Assembly (NCBI GenBank): GCA_964618695.1
Contig: CAZUDX010000004.1
Location: 162,736-226,735, forward strand
Length of the DNA stretch: 64,000 nucleotides
Source: an uncultured Candidatus Bathyarchaeia archaeon
GTDB taxonomy: Archaea > Thermoproteota > Bathyarchaeia > Bathyarchaeales > Bathyarchaeaceae
Direction of reading: 5' to 3'
Positions within the stretch are counted from its first letter, which is position 1, and each line of letters begins with the position of its first letter. Below are positions 37,700 through 48,014 of the stretch, in pieces. Under the pieces are notes generated by a model that saw nothing but the letters and a program-made list of their open reading frames with translations, had not been told where the DNA came from and made no database searches. Both the position numbers and the translations under genes were made by a program.

Positions 37700-37747
37700 A
37701 ATACCCCTCCTTTTTTTATAACCTAAAAACAACTTGTGAAATGACAA

Positions 37748-38827
37748 ATGAAAACCGAAAGTGAACAAGCCCACTTGAGACGTGTATCCCACTGGAAGCT
37801 GTATATTCTAGTACTGGTAATTGCATTTGGAATCGTTCTTGTTGTTTCACTCAACATAGGTTACGCCCCTATACCATTCGACGATATTCTGAAGATACTC
37901 GGCAAACAAGTTCCTGTAATAGGAAATCTAGTTGATTCTTCAGGTATCACTCCGACTGCTGAAGTTATAATAACACAAATCAGACTTCCCAGAGTATTAT
38001 GTGGAGCTTTGGTTGGTGCAGCTCTGGCAACAGCGGGCGTAACATATCAGGGAATCTTCAGAAATCCCATGGCTGACCCCTACGTCATAGGGGCTCAAAC
38101 AGGCGCCTCGTTAGGTGCAGCCCTCGTAATAGTTCTAGGCGTAGGAATCTCACTTCTAGGTATAAACACTCTACAAGTTTTAGCTTTTGTTGGCTCCATA
38201 ACAACCGTTCTTGTTGTCTATAATATTTCACGAGTTGGCTCTAGGGTACCAGTTACTACTTTGCTCCTAACCGGGATCGCAATAAGTCTCTTCCAAAATG
38301 CCATAGTCACCTTTCTGAAAGTAATCGCTGAAGAAAGGCTTCTCCACGGCCTAACTTTCTGGATTATCGGAAGCCTTGCACCTACAGAAAATTGGAATGA
38401 CGTCTGGGCTATCCTTCCATTTATAATAATCGGCGTCGCCGTTTCTTACTTCTTTGCACGCGACTTGAACCTCCTTGCTCTAGGAGAAGATCAAGCTCAA
38501 CACTTAGGCGTAGAAATAGAAAGGGTGAAATGGATATTACTTGTTTCGGGAGCACTCATAACTGCAGCCGCAGTCTCTATCAGCGGAATAATAGCTTTTG
38601 TTGGCTTAATAATTCCACACTTGACAAGAGTCGTGATAGGTCCTGACCACCGAGTTCTTCTCCCCACCTCTGCTATCGTAGGTGCTTCTTTTCTAATGAT
38701 ATGCGACGCAGTAGCAAGGGTGGTGATGGGTTCAGGCGAAGCACCTGTCGGCGTAATAACAGCACTCTCTGGAGCTCCGTTTTTCATATATCTTCTACGT
38801 CGGAAAAGGAAAGGATACATGTCATGA
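37748..38827 (+). CDS. btuC: FecCD/BtuC family permease
   Basis: IRLPRV, QGIFRNPMADPY, GIIAFVGLIIPH, PVGVITA. Confidence 0.85.
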   Translation: MKTESEQAHLRRVSHWKLYILVLVIAFGIVLVVSLNIGYAPIPFDDILKILGKQVPVIGNLVDSSGITPTAEVIITQIRLPRVLCGALVGAALATAGVTYQGIFRNPMADPYVIGAQTGASLGAALVIVLGVGISLLGINTLQVLAFVGSITTVLVVYNISRVGSRVPVTTLLLTGIAISLFQNAIVTFLKVIAEERLLHGLTFWIIGSLAPTENWNDVWAILPFIIIGVAVSYFFARDLNLLALGEDQAQHLGVEIERVKWILLVSGALITAAAVSISGIIAFVGLIIPHLTRVVIGPDHRVLLPTSAIVGASFLMICDAVARVVMGSGEAPVGVITALSGAPFFIYLLRRKRKGYMS

Positions 38828-38839
38828 GGTGATGAGCGA

Positions 38840-40123
38840 GTGGTGGTTTTAACAATTGATGGCATTGACTGTTCTTATGGGTCCGTTAAGGTCCTAGAAG
38901 ACATTCAGTTTGCAGTTAAGAGCGGTGAATTCTTGGGTCTTCTTGGTCCGAATGGCTCAGGAAAAACTACGTTACTTAAAAGTATCAGCAGGGTCCTCAA
39001 GCCACAGAAAGGAGTGATCCTAATAGACGACAAGGACATATACAATCTAAAGACGTTAGAGGTTGCGAGACAGTTGGCGGTAGTCCCTCAGGACACGCCA
39101 GTAACGTTTGATTTCACTTCTTTGGAAATTGTTCTTATGGGTCGTAACCCCCACATCCCCCGATTTAAAATGGAAAGCAAAGAAGACTTAGCCATAGCAA
39201 AGAATTCCATGAAACTCACAGGAACTTGGCAGTTTGCCGACAGACCAGTAACCGAACTTAGCGGCGGAGAAAAGCAACGCGTGATAATTGCACGTGCCCT
39301 AACCCAAGAACCCAAAATTCTTTTGCTGGATGAACCAACAACCCATTTGGACATCTGCAACCAACTGGAAATAATGGATCTCCTCCAAGAACTGTGCAAG
39401 ACGAAGAAGATACTGATAATTGCAGTTTTCCACGACTTCAATCTAGCCGCCCGCTACTGCGACTCCGTCATCCTCTTGAAAGAAGGAAAAATCGTTGCCG
39501 TCGGAGAATCAAACAAGACTCTGACAAGCGAAAACGTCAAAAAAGTTTTCAACGTTGACACAATCGTGAAAAAGCACCCTATCACAGGCTCCCTTCATGT
39601 CATCCCCATTTCAAGACCCCAAAATCCTCAACAAAAGAGCATCATTGTACACCTTATTTGCGGAGGCGGAACAGGCAGTCCCTTGATGAAGATTTTGACT
39701 GATCTAGGCTATTTCGTAACTGCTGGGGTCCTTAATCTATTAGACACGGATCAAGAGACAGCCCAGTTGCTGGGTGTACCAACAGCGAAGGAAGCGCCAT
39801 TCTCTCCAATAACCGAAGAAGCACACAAAGCAAACTTGCGAATATTAAGTAAAGCCCATGTTCTAGTCGTAGCACCGACTCAGTTTGGTGCTGGTAACCT
39901 AAGAAACCTCAAAGCTGCAGAAACGGCTATGGAAAAGGGAATACCAATAATCCTCTTAGAAGACGGACCTATGGACGAGAGGGACTTCACTAATGGCAAA
40001 GCCACCAAATACCTGACGAAACTTAAAAACAATGGCGCCAAAACCGTGAAGAACGTCTGTGAACTCTTACAGTTTCTAGACAAAATAGAAAACAAAAATT
40101 CCCATAATAAAAAGCAGTCTTAA
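38840..40123 (+). CDS. btuD: ABC ATPase (BtuD/FepC-like) with archaeal C-terminal extension
   Basis: GPNGSGKT, LSGGEKQR, LLDEPT; C-terminal VHLICGGGTG domain. Confidence 0.85.
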   Translation: MVVLTIDGIDCSYGSVKVLEDIQFAVKSGEFLGLLGPNGSGKTTLLKSISRVLKPQKGVILIDDKDIYNLKTLEVARQLAVVPQDTPVTFDFTSLEIVLMGRNPHIPRFKMESKEDLAIAKNSMKLTGTWQFADRPVTELSGGEKQRVIIARALTQEPKILLLDEPTTHLDICNQLEIMDLLQELCKTKKILIIAVFHDFNLAARYCDSVILLKEGKIVAVGESNKTLTSENVKKVFNVDTIVKKHPITGSLHVIPISRPQNPQQKSIIVHLICGGGTGSPLMKILTDLGYFVTAGVLNLLDTDQETAQLLGVPTAKEAPFSPITEEAHKANLRILSKAHVLVVAPTQFGAGNLRNLKAAETAMEKGIPIILLEDGPMDERDFTNGKATKYLTKLKNNGAKTVKNVCELLQFLDKIENKNSHNKKQS

Positions 40124-40259
40124 TTATTGCAGTAAGTGTGGATTTTGTAAAAATGGAAAAGATAAACCGACCAACCCTCTCACAGATTTCCTTTTTGGAA
40201 AAAATTAAATACGTTTTTATTTACTCGTTAGCTTCTTAATTACCGTTCATGGTGATAAT

Positions 40260-41330
40260 TTGAACCGTAAAGGACCCCTATTCATTCTGCCTTGGAGATG
40301 CACACAAGCCTGCACCAGCAGTTGCCTACACTGCGGCTTCGCATCGAATCCCCCAGCCCCAGACGCCCTAGGAACCGAAGAAACCAAGCATATTGTAGAC
40401 GAAATTTACGATTTTGGGGCAACCTACTTCGGAATAAGTGGTGGAGAACCGCTTCTGCGAAAAGACCTCCCCGAAATAATAAGCTACGCCAAAAACACCG
40501 GTATGAACGTTAGCTTAATAACTAACGGCTGTTTTCTTGACGGCAAAATCTTCGATAATCTAGTTAGACACGAGGTTCGCGTCTCATTAAGTGTTGATGG
40601 AACAGAAAAGGTCAACGATGCTATCAGAGGGAAAGGTGCATACGCAAAAGCAGTTTCAGCTATGGAGAAAACTTCGAAAGCAGGACTGCTAGACTGCCTT
40701 GTGACCACCCTCGCCAATGTTGACTCAAACCTTACCAACGTCACCTCCCAAGAAATCGAGCATGTCATCAAACTTGCTGAACAGTATGGCGCCAGATGGG
40801 TAGTCATCCATGGCTTTATTCCATTCAACAACACAAAAGAGCACCTAGCCAAAGCTCCCACTCCAAAACAATACGAGCAGATTTGGAATCAAGTCTATGA
40901 CCTGCGCGAAAAATACAAAGGAAAACCTGAAGTCAACGTCTATTGTCCCTTCTTCGCCAGAATTGCCAAACAGCGGGATATGCCAAACTTTGACGCCTGG
41001 TTCAACAACTTTTTCCTCGGCAAATGCTCCATCGCCGGCAAATACATGAGCGTAATCGAAAACGGAGATGCCATACCCTGCAGCTTCAACGACCGCCTCA
41101 GACTAGGAAACGCTCAAGACAAGACGCTGAAACAAATCTGGGAAGAACTGCAAACATCAGAATTAACCCTAAAACTCAGAGACAGAGGAAACTTGAGGGG
41201 CAAATGTGGCGTGTGCGAGTACCGCGAAATTTGTGGTGGTTGCCGAACCCGTGCAGAAATCTATACTGGAGACCTCTTTGCGTCTGATCCAGCGTGTGCT
41301 TACGTGCCTAAACTCTTGCGTGAAAAATAA
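40260..41330 (+). CDS. Radical SAM/SPASM protein (AhbC/AhbD/NirJ-like)
   Basis: CTQACTSSCLHC, SGGEPL, SPASM C...PC...GKCGVCEYREICGGCR...DPAC. Confidence 0.9.
   Translation: MNRKGPLFILPWRCTQACTSSCLHCGFASNPPAPDALGTEETKHIVDEIYDFGATYFGISGGEPLLRKDLPEIISYAKNTGMNVSLITNGCFLDGKIFDNLVRHEVRVSLSVDGTEKVNDAIRGKGAYAKAVSAMEKTSKAGLLDCLVTTLANVDSNLTNVTSQEIEHVIKLAEQYGARWVVIHGFIPFNNTKEHLAKAPTPKQYEQIWNQVYDLREKYKGKPEVNVYCPFFARIAKQRDMPNFDAWFNNFFLGKCSIAGKYMSVIENGDAIPCSFNDRLRLGNAQDKTLKQIWEELQTSELTLKLRDRGNLRGKCGVCEYREICGGCRTRAEIYTGDLFASDPACAYVPKLLREK
41198..41320 (+). repeat. 123-bp near-identical repeat, copy 1 (SPASM 3' end)
   Basis: 122/123 identical to 42649-42771. Confidence 0.92.
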
Positions 41331-41409
41331 GTAATCGAATGTTTCTTTTTTTAAAAATAGACAAATGTTGGCAACAAAATGTTTTATTTAGAAATTTTCT
41401 GACTAAATC

Positions 41410-41479
41410 TTTAGTCAAGAAATCTTGACTAAACCACTTTTTACATAGGTCAAGAAACCTTTACAAAAATGCTTTTATC
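41410..41479 (+). promoter_or_regulatory. Repeated promoter/operator module, copy 1
   Basis: Palindrome TTTAGTCAAGA-AA-TCTTGACTAAA followed by GGTCAAGAAACCTTTACAAAAATGCTTTTATC (30/32 identical to 48230-48261). Confidence 0.65.
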
Positions 41480-41629
41480 CGCTATCAATCCTAAAATATC
41501 TTGTTGGAGCCTACAAAATGAAGAAAACTGCATCAGTATGGGTTCTCTTACCCTTTTCTTCCACAAAACGTTATTGTCACAAAACCGACGCACAGGACCT
41601 TTTTTCTTCTGTGCCGACAAACAAATGCA

Positions 41630-42781
41630 GTGACTGGATGTCAAATGGCTAACAAAACGCGGCTCCAACATTCAAGATTGCTCCCACCGATACATAAAAG
41701 GAATATTGCGAAAACGAGCAAGAGCGCCACCGCGACAAATAGACCTCTTTTATACATGATGACGTGGAGATGCACACGAGCCTGCAACTATAACTGTTTA
41801 TACTGCAGCTTTGGTTCCAACCCTTATGCCGTGAATGAGATCGACACTGAAGGGGGAAAACGAATAGTTGACGATCTCTATGAGATGGGAGCGAAATGGT
41901 TCGGGCTGAGCGGCGGGGAGCCTCTTATACGCAAAGACATATTCGAAATTATAGGTCACGCTAAAAGTCTCGGTATGAACGTGAGTCTTATAACAAATGG
42001 TTACTATGTTAAGGGAGATATCCTCGACAAACTAATCAAAAACGAAGTAATGACTGCAGTAAGCATTGATGGAACAGAAGCAACAAACGACCTTACACGA
42101 GGAAAAGGCTCTTACGCTACAGCTCTTAAAGCCATAGAGAAACTGTCCAAGGGGGGAATTTTTGACTGCATCGTAACGACCCTCAACAGACTCAATTACA
42201 AAGAGGTAGATCACATAGCTCAACTTGGGTATGAATACAATGCTACCCGCGTGGTTTATCACAATTATATTCCAGTTGGTAGAGCACAAGAACATCTGGA
42301 GTTGGCTCCTACACCCCAACAGTATGAGTGGGTTTGGAACAGAATCTACGACCTAATTCAGGAATACAAGGGGAAACTCGGCATAAACGTTTACTGCCCC
42401 TTCTTCGCTCGAATCGCAAAAGAACGAGGAATGCCTGATTTTGACCACTGGTTCAACAACGTTTTCCTTGGTCAATGCTTCATGGGCGGCAGATACATGG
42501 GGCTTCTAGAAAACGGGGACATCAGACCCTGCGGTTTCAACGAAGGCTACAGACTTGGGAACATCCGGAACAAATCCATGAGAGAAATCTGGACCGAAAT
42601 GCAGAACAATGAATTACATCGCAAAATCAGGGACAGAAGGAATTTGAAGGGCAAATGTGGCGTGTGCGAGTACCGCGAAATTTGTGGTGGTTGCCGAACC
42701 CGTGCAGAAATCTATACTGGAGACCTCTTTGCGTCTGATCCAGCGTGTGCTTACGTGCCCAAACTCTTGCGCAAAGAATAA
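41630..42781 (+). CDS. Radical SAM/SPASM protein, paralog of 40260-41330 (start uncertain)
   Basis: CTRACNYNCLYC, SGGEPL, SPASM cysteines. Confidence 0.9.
   Translation: MTGCQMANKTRLQHSRLLPPIHKRNIAKTSKSATATNRPLLYMMTWRCTRACNYNCLYCSFGSNPYAVNEIDTEGGKRIVDDLYEMGAKWFGLSGGEPLIRKDIFEIIGHAKSLGMNVSLITNGYYVKGDILDKLIKNEVMTAVSIDGTEATNDLTRGKGSYATALKAIEKLSKGGIFDCIVTTLNRLNYKEVDHIAQLGYEYNATRVVYHNYIPVGRAQEHLELAPTPQQYEWVWNRIYDLIQEYKGKLGINVYCPFFARIAKERGMPDFDHWFNNVFLGQCFMGGRYMGLLENGDIRPCGFNEGYRLGNIRNKSMREIWTEMQNNELHRKIRDRRNLKGKCGVCEYREICGGCRTRAEIYTGDLFASDPACAYVPKLLRKE
42649..42771 (+). repeat. 123-bp near-identical repeat, copy 2
   Basis: 122/123 identical to 41198-41320. Confidence 0.92.
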
Positions 42782-42806
42782 AGAAAACAACATTAAAAAC
42801 TGGGAA

Positions 42807-45110
42807 TTATCTTTTTGTTGTGTAGACGACGGATCGTCCGTTGTCATAGATTCTATCTAAGGCAGGAGAGACTGGGTCGTTCGATAATACTTGTTGAGTG
42901 TCAACAACTACGAGTTTTATGTTGTAGTCCTTAATGTATGTTTGAAAGTCTCTTTCGTAAACTGGCAAATTTTCCTGTAAATCAAATTGTTGCTTCAATT
43001 CTGACACGGTCCAGTGTTCAGCATCATCGAACTCGAAGGCATGCACAAGAATTGAAAATGAAATTTGTCTTTCGTCGCCTTCAGCCAAGTCACCTAGTTC
43101 AAATCGGAGTCTCAGGGCGTCTACGAATAAGTTGTCTAAGGCACCGAGGACGAACCAGTCTGGCCGGTTATCGAACTCCAAAGCTGTCAGGATACCGTTT
43201 TTTGTATCTAGCACCGCTACAATGCCTTCGGTCAAAGCGTCTGAAGAGCCTTCTACTACCGCCCAATCTTCATAAGCATTCACAAATGAAGGGTTGTCCC
43301 AAGGGTTTTGCCATTCAAGAATTCCGGGAACAAGCGCTTCTTTATAATCAAGGGAAGGTTCCATGAAATTAACTATCGACAGTTTGGCTATTGGCAGGTC
43401 TTCATGTGCCTCAATCTTCCAATCCATTCTGATTACTGAGCTTTGACTTGAGAATGTAACCACTTTTCTGACAGTAAATAGCTCGTGGATGTATTCAGCA
43501 ATCATTTGAGACTCGTCAGCTGTTTTTTTTGTCCAGTAGAGACGTTGAGTAGTTTCAGAGAGGGGTACAACCAAATCTCCACTAAAAGGTTCAGCGTAGA
43601 TTACACTCACGTAGTTGTTGGGAATTTTAAGGGCTCTTGTCCAAATGTTATAACGTGAAACAAATATTTCCTGACCAGAGGTTGAGCTTTCCAGAGCATA
43701 CTCTCGCGTGAGACTACGAGTGTTTTCCATCTCATAAAAACTGTACAACACTGCTTCAGCAACTGCGTTTCTTGAGTAAACAGGATCCGTCTCTTCCATG
43801 GTGTAGTGGTCAGAAAAAATGTAAAACCACGACCCCGGGCTTCTCGGCACAACAACCGTGCCGTCCGGAACTGAATGCTGCTTTACCCAAATGCCAGATT
43901 TGTAACTGGGAATTGATGCCCTCTCATAGAATTGTGGGTAGCTTTCTACTCTTTGGATGAAAATAAAAGCTTGTGTAAAGATTAGGGTAAAGCCTATGGC
44001 TAGAGCAAAAATTTTTGCAGAATTTAACCAACTACGTTTTTTTGTGATTTCTGGAATAAGTTTTGATTCTATAAAGTTGTGGACTGTTGCGAGGCTGTAG
44101 TAAACAACCATTCCAGAAAGAATGGCTATTGGGGTGGCAAAGAAGTAGATGAAGCGGTGGAAGGGTAAGTAAAGTCCGAAGATATGTGACTGAGCTAAAA
44201 GGAAAGGAACAGCGACCCAGAAGATAATTAATATTGAGGATTTCAAGGCTTTTTTCTTCTTGAGTAAAATGAAAGTTAGGGGAATGCCTGCTAAAGCTAA
44301 GAAGAGGGATGGTCCAAGATTTTTGAGTAGAGCATTGTAACCAACTGCGGGAATGTGGTAAACATTTTCTTCCATCATAAAGAAGATGTGTTCAATGACG
44401 ATGTTGGCATACTCGATAAAAATTCTAGCGTACCAAGCCAGCAGAGCTAAACCGCCTCCCACAACCACGGCGAAAAAAATTATGAACTTTCTCCTTGAGC
44501 CAATGGTGCTGACTAAGAAAGCGGGAAAGAACATTAGAACGAAAACGAAAGTAGAAAGTTGATGTCCCATCACAAGGGTGAAAGTTCCCAGAAATAAGAG
44601 GAAGGTTTTAACCGAAACTGCAAACTCTCTGTTCATTATGTAAAAGATGAAGGCGATGTAAGCTAAACCTAGAAAGTTTGCATATCCTCCCCAAAAGATC
44701 ATCTCAAAAAGTGGAACTGACAGAATTGTGAAGACAACTGAAGCGACGGCAACGCCTTTTCCGAAAAATTTTCGACAAAGCAAGTATGTGGACAGCAGGA
44801 TTAGCACGTTGAGGGTTGCGATAATCAGTTTTAGGATGAAAGCTGCGACCATGACGTCAAGGGTTCCTGCAAAAATTTGGAGCATAGCTAAGATTGCGTG
44901 GAAGAGGGGTGGATACCAAGCTACTTCGCTATAGGTGACTTGCTCGTCCATAACTATGGTCTTTGCTTTTCCCAAGTGTACCGCGGGATCGTTTCCGGGT
45001 AGAACTCCATCTGTGGACATCTGGTGGACTGTAACAACGAAGATGGTGAAGACGGCGAATAGGATGAAAACCTGTTCGAGGGTGAGGTTGGGCAGTTTTA
45101 GCTTTTGCAC
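42807..45110 (-). CDS. Large GT-C-fold (PMT/ArnT-like) membrane glycosyltransferase candidate
   Basis: PGNDPAVH...YPPLFH, WGGYAN, many TMs, RFIYF, and a large C-terminal extracellular domain. Confidence 0.7.
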   Translation of the reverse strand: MQKLKLPNLTLEQVFILFAVFTIFVVTVHQMSTDGVLPGNDPAVHLGKAKTIVMDEQVTYSEVAWYPPLFHAILAMLQIFAGTLDVMVAAFILKLIIATLNVLILLSTYLLCRKFFGKGVAVASVVFTILSVPLFEMIFWGGYANFLGLAYIAFIFYIMNREFAVSVKTFLLFLGTFTLVMGHQLSTFVFVLMFFPAFLVSTIGSRRKFIIFFAVVVGGGLALLAWYARIFIEYANIVIEHIFFMMEENVYHIPAVGYNALLKNLGPSLFLALAGIPLTFILLKKKKALKSSILIIFWVAVPFLLAQSHIFGLYLPFHRFIYFFATPIAILSGMVVYYSLATVHNFIESKLIPEITKKRSWLNSAKIFALAIGFTLIFTQAFIFIQRVESYPQFYERASIPSYKSGIWVKQHSVPDGTVVVPRSPGSWFYIFSDHYTMEETDPVYSRNAVAEAVLYSFYEMENTRSLTREYALESSTSGQEIFVSRYNIWTRALKIPNNYVSVIYAEPFSGDLVVPLSETTQRLYWTKKTADESQMIAEYIHELFTVRKVVTFSSQSSVIRMDWKIEAHEDLPIAKLSIVNFMEPSLDYKEALVPGILEWQNPWDNPSFVNAYEDWAVVEGSSDALTEGIVAVLDTKNGILTALEFDNRPDWFVLGALDNLFVDALRLRFELGDLAEGDERQISFSILVHAFEFDDAEHWTVSELKQQFDLQENLPVYERDFQTYIKDYNIKLVVVDTQQVLSNDPVSPALDRIYDNGRSVVYTTKR

Positions 45111-45344
45111 CAGTTGTCCTCCATGTTGCTGGGAGTCGAGAGTATATGATTAGTGCGGCTGTCCTAATTAAAAATATCAGTTTTAATTGAAGCTTTCCCA
45201 ATTACCTGAAACTGCGATGTTTTCCGCTTTTTATTTTTTTCGTAATATATCCGTATTCGCAAATACATCAGATTTCCAAACATTTTTGCGCAAGAAACTT
45301 TCCTTTTAAGCTTTTGGCATCTCTTGTCTCTTAAGGTTAAAGTC

Positions 45345-45539
45345 ATGAATCATCTGTTCTGTGACTGTTGCGGGGACTCCGTTAAGGTCGTATACCCATG
45401 CAAATTTGTTTTTCATGACAATTTAACCTGCGACTTCAACATATGCCTAGATTGCATGGAAACCGGAATCCTGAACATAAACCTCAAACGAAAAAGGCTA
45501 GTTTCTCAAATTCTTCTCAGGTTATCAAAGAAACAATGA
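45345..45539 (+). CDS. Small zinc-finger-like protein
   Basis: CDCCG....NICLDC pair. Confidence 0.45.
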   Translation: MNHLFCDCCGDSVKVVYPCKFVFHDNLTCDFNICLDCMETGILNINLKRKRLVSQILLRLSKKQ

Positions 45540-45764
45540 TTTTTCATCAAAAAAGGGCTTGTGCAACAGATGTTCACGAATGAGAACACTCTGTTCTAAT
45601 ACATGGAACTAAATTGCGCCTCAACTTAGAGGTATGTGTTAGTGGGGTAAACGAGTTGCTTCAGTCGATAAAGCATATGACTGCTAAAGAGTTAACGGAG
45701 CTAGTGGAAGCAATTGCTAGTGTCAATCCGAAACCCTCTTGCTCGTAGAATCTGATTCCGGTTT

Positions 45765-48014
45765 TCATTTTGCTACCTGAAAAAGAACAATGTTTCCGCC
45801 TTTGAACACTAACCTAAATTTTGGGTCTCCGGAAAATTTCGGAATGATTCTGTAATCTCTGCAGGCAACAAAAGAGATATCATATTCTTCCACCATTTCA
45901 AGGTAATTCCAAGTAACGATGGGATCGAAGGAAACGGTTTCCAGCGGAGCCTCAGCGTTTTCATAATAGGCACTATTAACTTCCTCAGGGTTTAGGTCTT
46001 CAGCGTCAAAAACGCCCACAAGAAATTTGATTTTCATGTAGCGGTTCCACTGGAATCTATACAACATTTCGACACGACTTGGGTTTGGTCTAGGAGTGAT
46101 GTCGTCGGGGTTATTTTCCTCGAAGAGCACTTGTCCACAAACTTTCTGGTTTGGGTCGTAAACTCCAAACATCGGAACCCATGGATCCCTTGTCACGTTG
46201 CCTTCTCTTGTGAAGAACGGGAACAAAATTTCGTAAACATTAGTTTGAACATTTTTAGGTTGTATTTCATAGTACAGTTCAGCGAATCTCACTCCCCGAT
46301 GAGCAGTCAATGTTTTTTTAACTGTAAACAAATCGTTTTCACGTGTCATCGTCAAGATTGCCGAGTTTTCGTTTTCAGTGACTGCAGGAGTTCCAACCGT
46401 TTTCATTTTTAACAAAGTTGTGTTTCCGTAGTCTCTTTTGCCGTATTTGTTAATCCGGTAGTAATAAAATACAGTCTCGCTATCTTGGACCTTCAGTAGT
46501 TCGTAAGGCTCTCCGGTCCAAGTTTTTATGCTGAAAACAGGGTTTCGATGTGAAATGTATTGACCGTCTTCTCTAACTTGAATCAAACCGTTGTCAATGT
46601 AGTAGTCAGTGTCGAGAAGAAGTTGCGCTGATTGGGCGACTTGCATCTCATGGGAATACAAGAGAAACTCTAGACTGGCTGCACTGAGGGTGGTTCTTTC
46701 GGCAACTCCAGAGAGCCACCAGCCGTAGAGGTGGTCAGCGACGAGAACTGAATTTTCTGGAGTTCTGGTTTGAATCCACTCCATTGCAGTGGCTTCAGGT
46801 TTCTGTATGGTTGTATAGAAGTCCACACGTTCAAAGGCTTCGCTTGGAAAAATGGACCAAGGCGAAAGAATGATGAAGATAAAGAGGCTTGCAGTAAAAA
46901 CTAGCATGGGAACTGTTTTTTTGATCCAGCTCCATTTGATTTTTGAGAGTTTATTTGCGCCTATTGATGTGGTGCGTGCGAGGTAGAATAGACTTCCGGA
47001 TATCAACAAGATTCCGGGAAAGTCTATGAAATACAGGAACCTTGAGTAGTCAACGAATATGCCAAAAAGGTGGGATTGCGTCATTACCACTGGCACAATA
47101 AACCATACTACCGCCAGCAAGCTCCAATTGTCGATGTATTTTTTTCTGGATGCTCTAAACATGAAAAACATTGGGATTAACACGATGAGCAGAACCAAAA
47201 TTATGTTGGGTATGGAGCGGTTTGCGACGATTATGTTTTTGTTTGTTTCGATTCCTCCCAATAGGGCTCCTTCGGATGAGGCGCCCATGTAGAAGTTGAG
47301 GACTCTCATTAGCCATGGGGACACAATTAAGATTCCTAACGCTGCTGAGACGGTGAAGAAACGGATTGTGCCCCAGATTTTTATTTGTTTAAGTTTTCGA
47401 GCTTTTCCGATGAGTAGGGATATGAAGTAGAGTGCTATGATTGGGAAGAAGACGAATAGGCTGAATGTGTGTGTGATTATGATGCTGCCGAAAAGCATTG
47501 CTCCCATCAGTAGGTTGAAGTGGGTTGGGTGGTCTAGGTCTCTTAGGAATAGATAGAGGAGTATGACGATTAGGGCGAGGGATATGACGTTGGTGTAGCC
47601 TCCCCAACTTATCATTTCAAGGCTTAAGGCTGAAATTGCTGCGAAAAATGCTGCTAGGATTCCTGCGCTGTGGCTTTTCCATATTTTTTTTGATATGAGG
47701 TATGCGGGAAAAACTATGAGTGAACTGAAGAAGGCGGCTGTGATTAGTTGTGCTAAGAGTAATGGCATTCCTGTGAAGAGAATCATGATTGATACGAAGA
47801 AGTGGAATCCTGGGGGTGTTGCTAGTGGTTCTCCTCCCATGTGGTATGGGTTCCATGTGGGTAGTTTTCCTTCGTCAAGAATCAGGTTTAGTATGCTGCT
47901 GTGTAGTCCAATGTCTGAGCTTGGGGGGTATTCGTTGTGGAATATGATGGCTACTCTGAAGAGGAATGCAATGATGAATATGGTTAGGATTAGTAGTGTT
48001 CTTTTGTGTCTCGT
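45765..48014 (-). CDS. GT-C-fold membrane glycosyltransferase candidate, paralog of 42807-45110; apparent non-canonical start
   Basis: Frame open 58 codons upstream of the track ATG and encoding TM1 and PSSDIGLH (paralog PGNDPAVH); PPGFH, WGGYTN, THTFS, SRFLYF. Confidence 0.7.
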   Translation of the reverse strand, partial: TRHKRTLLILTIFIIAFLFRVAIIFHNEYPPSSDIGLHSSILNLILDEGKLPTWNPYHMGGEPLATPPGFHFFVSIMILFTGMPLLLAQLITAAFFSSLIVFPAYLISKKIWKSHSAGILAAFFAAISALSLEMISWGGYTNVISLALIVILLYLFLRDLDHPTHFNLLMGAMLFGSIIITHTFSLFVFFPIIALYFISLLIGKARKLKQIKIWGTIRFFTVSAALGILIVSPWLMRVLNFYMGASSEGALLGGIETNKNIIVANRSIPNIILVLLIVLIPMFFMFRASRKKYIDNWSLLAVVWFIVPVVMTQSHLFGIFVDYSRFLYFIDFPGILLISGSLFYLARTTSIGANKLSKIKWSWIKKTVPMLVFTASLFIFIILSPWSIFPSEAFERVDFYTTIQKPEATAMEWIQTRTPENSVLVADHLYGWWLSGVAERTTLSAASLEFLLYSHEMQVAQSAQLLLDTDYYIDNGLIQVREDGQYISHRNPVFSIKTWTGEPYELLKVQDSETVFYYYRINKYGKRDYGNTTLLKMKTVGTPAVTENENSAILTMTRENDLFTVKKTLTAHRGVRFAELYYEIQPKNVQTNVYEILFPFFTREGNVTRDPWVPMFGVYDPNQKVCGQVLFEENNPDDITPRPNPSRVEMLYRFQWNRYMKIKFLVGVFDAEDLNPEEVNSAYYENAEAPLETVSFDPIVTWNYLEMVEEYDISFVACRDYRIIPKFSGDPKFRLVFKGGNIVLFQVAK

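Noticed and set aside
45614-45748. 44-codon ORF with VNELLQSIKHMTAKELTELVEAIA, resembling a bacterial L7/L12 N-terminal helix
   Set aside because: Too short, start uncertain, and a generic amphipathic pattern; cannot be supported without a search.
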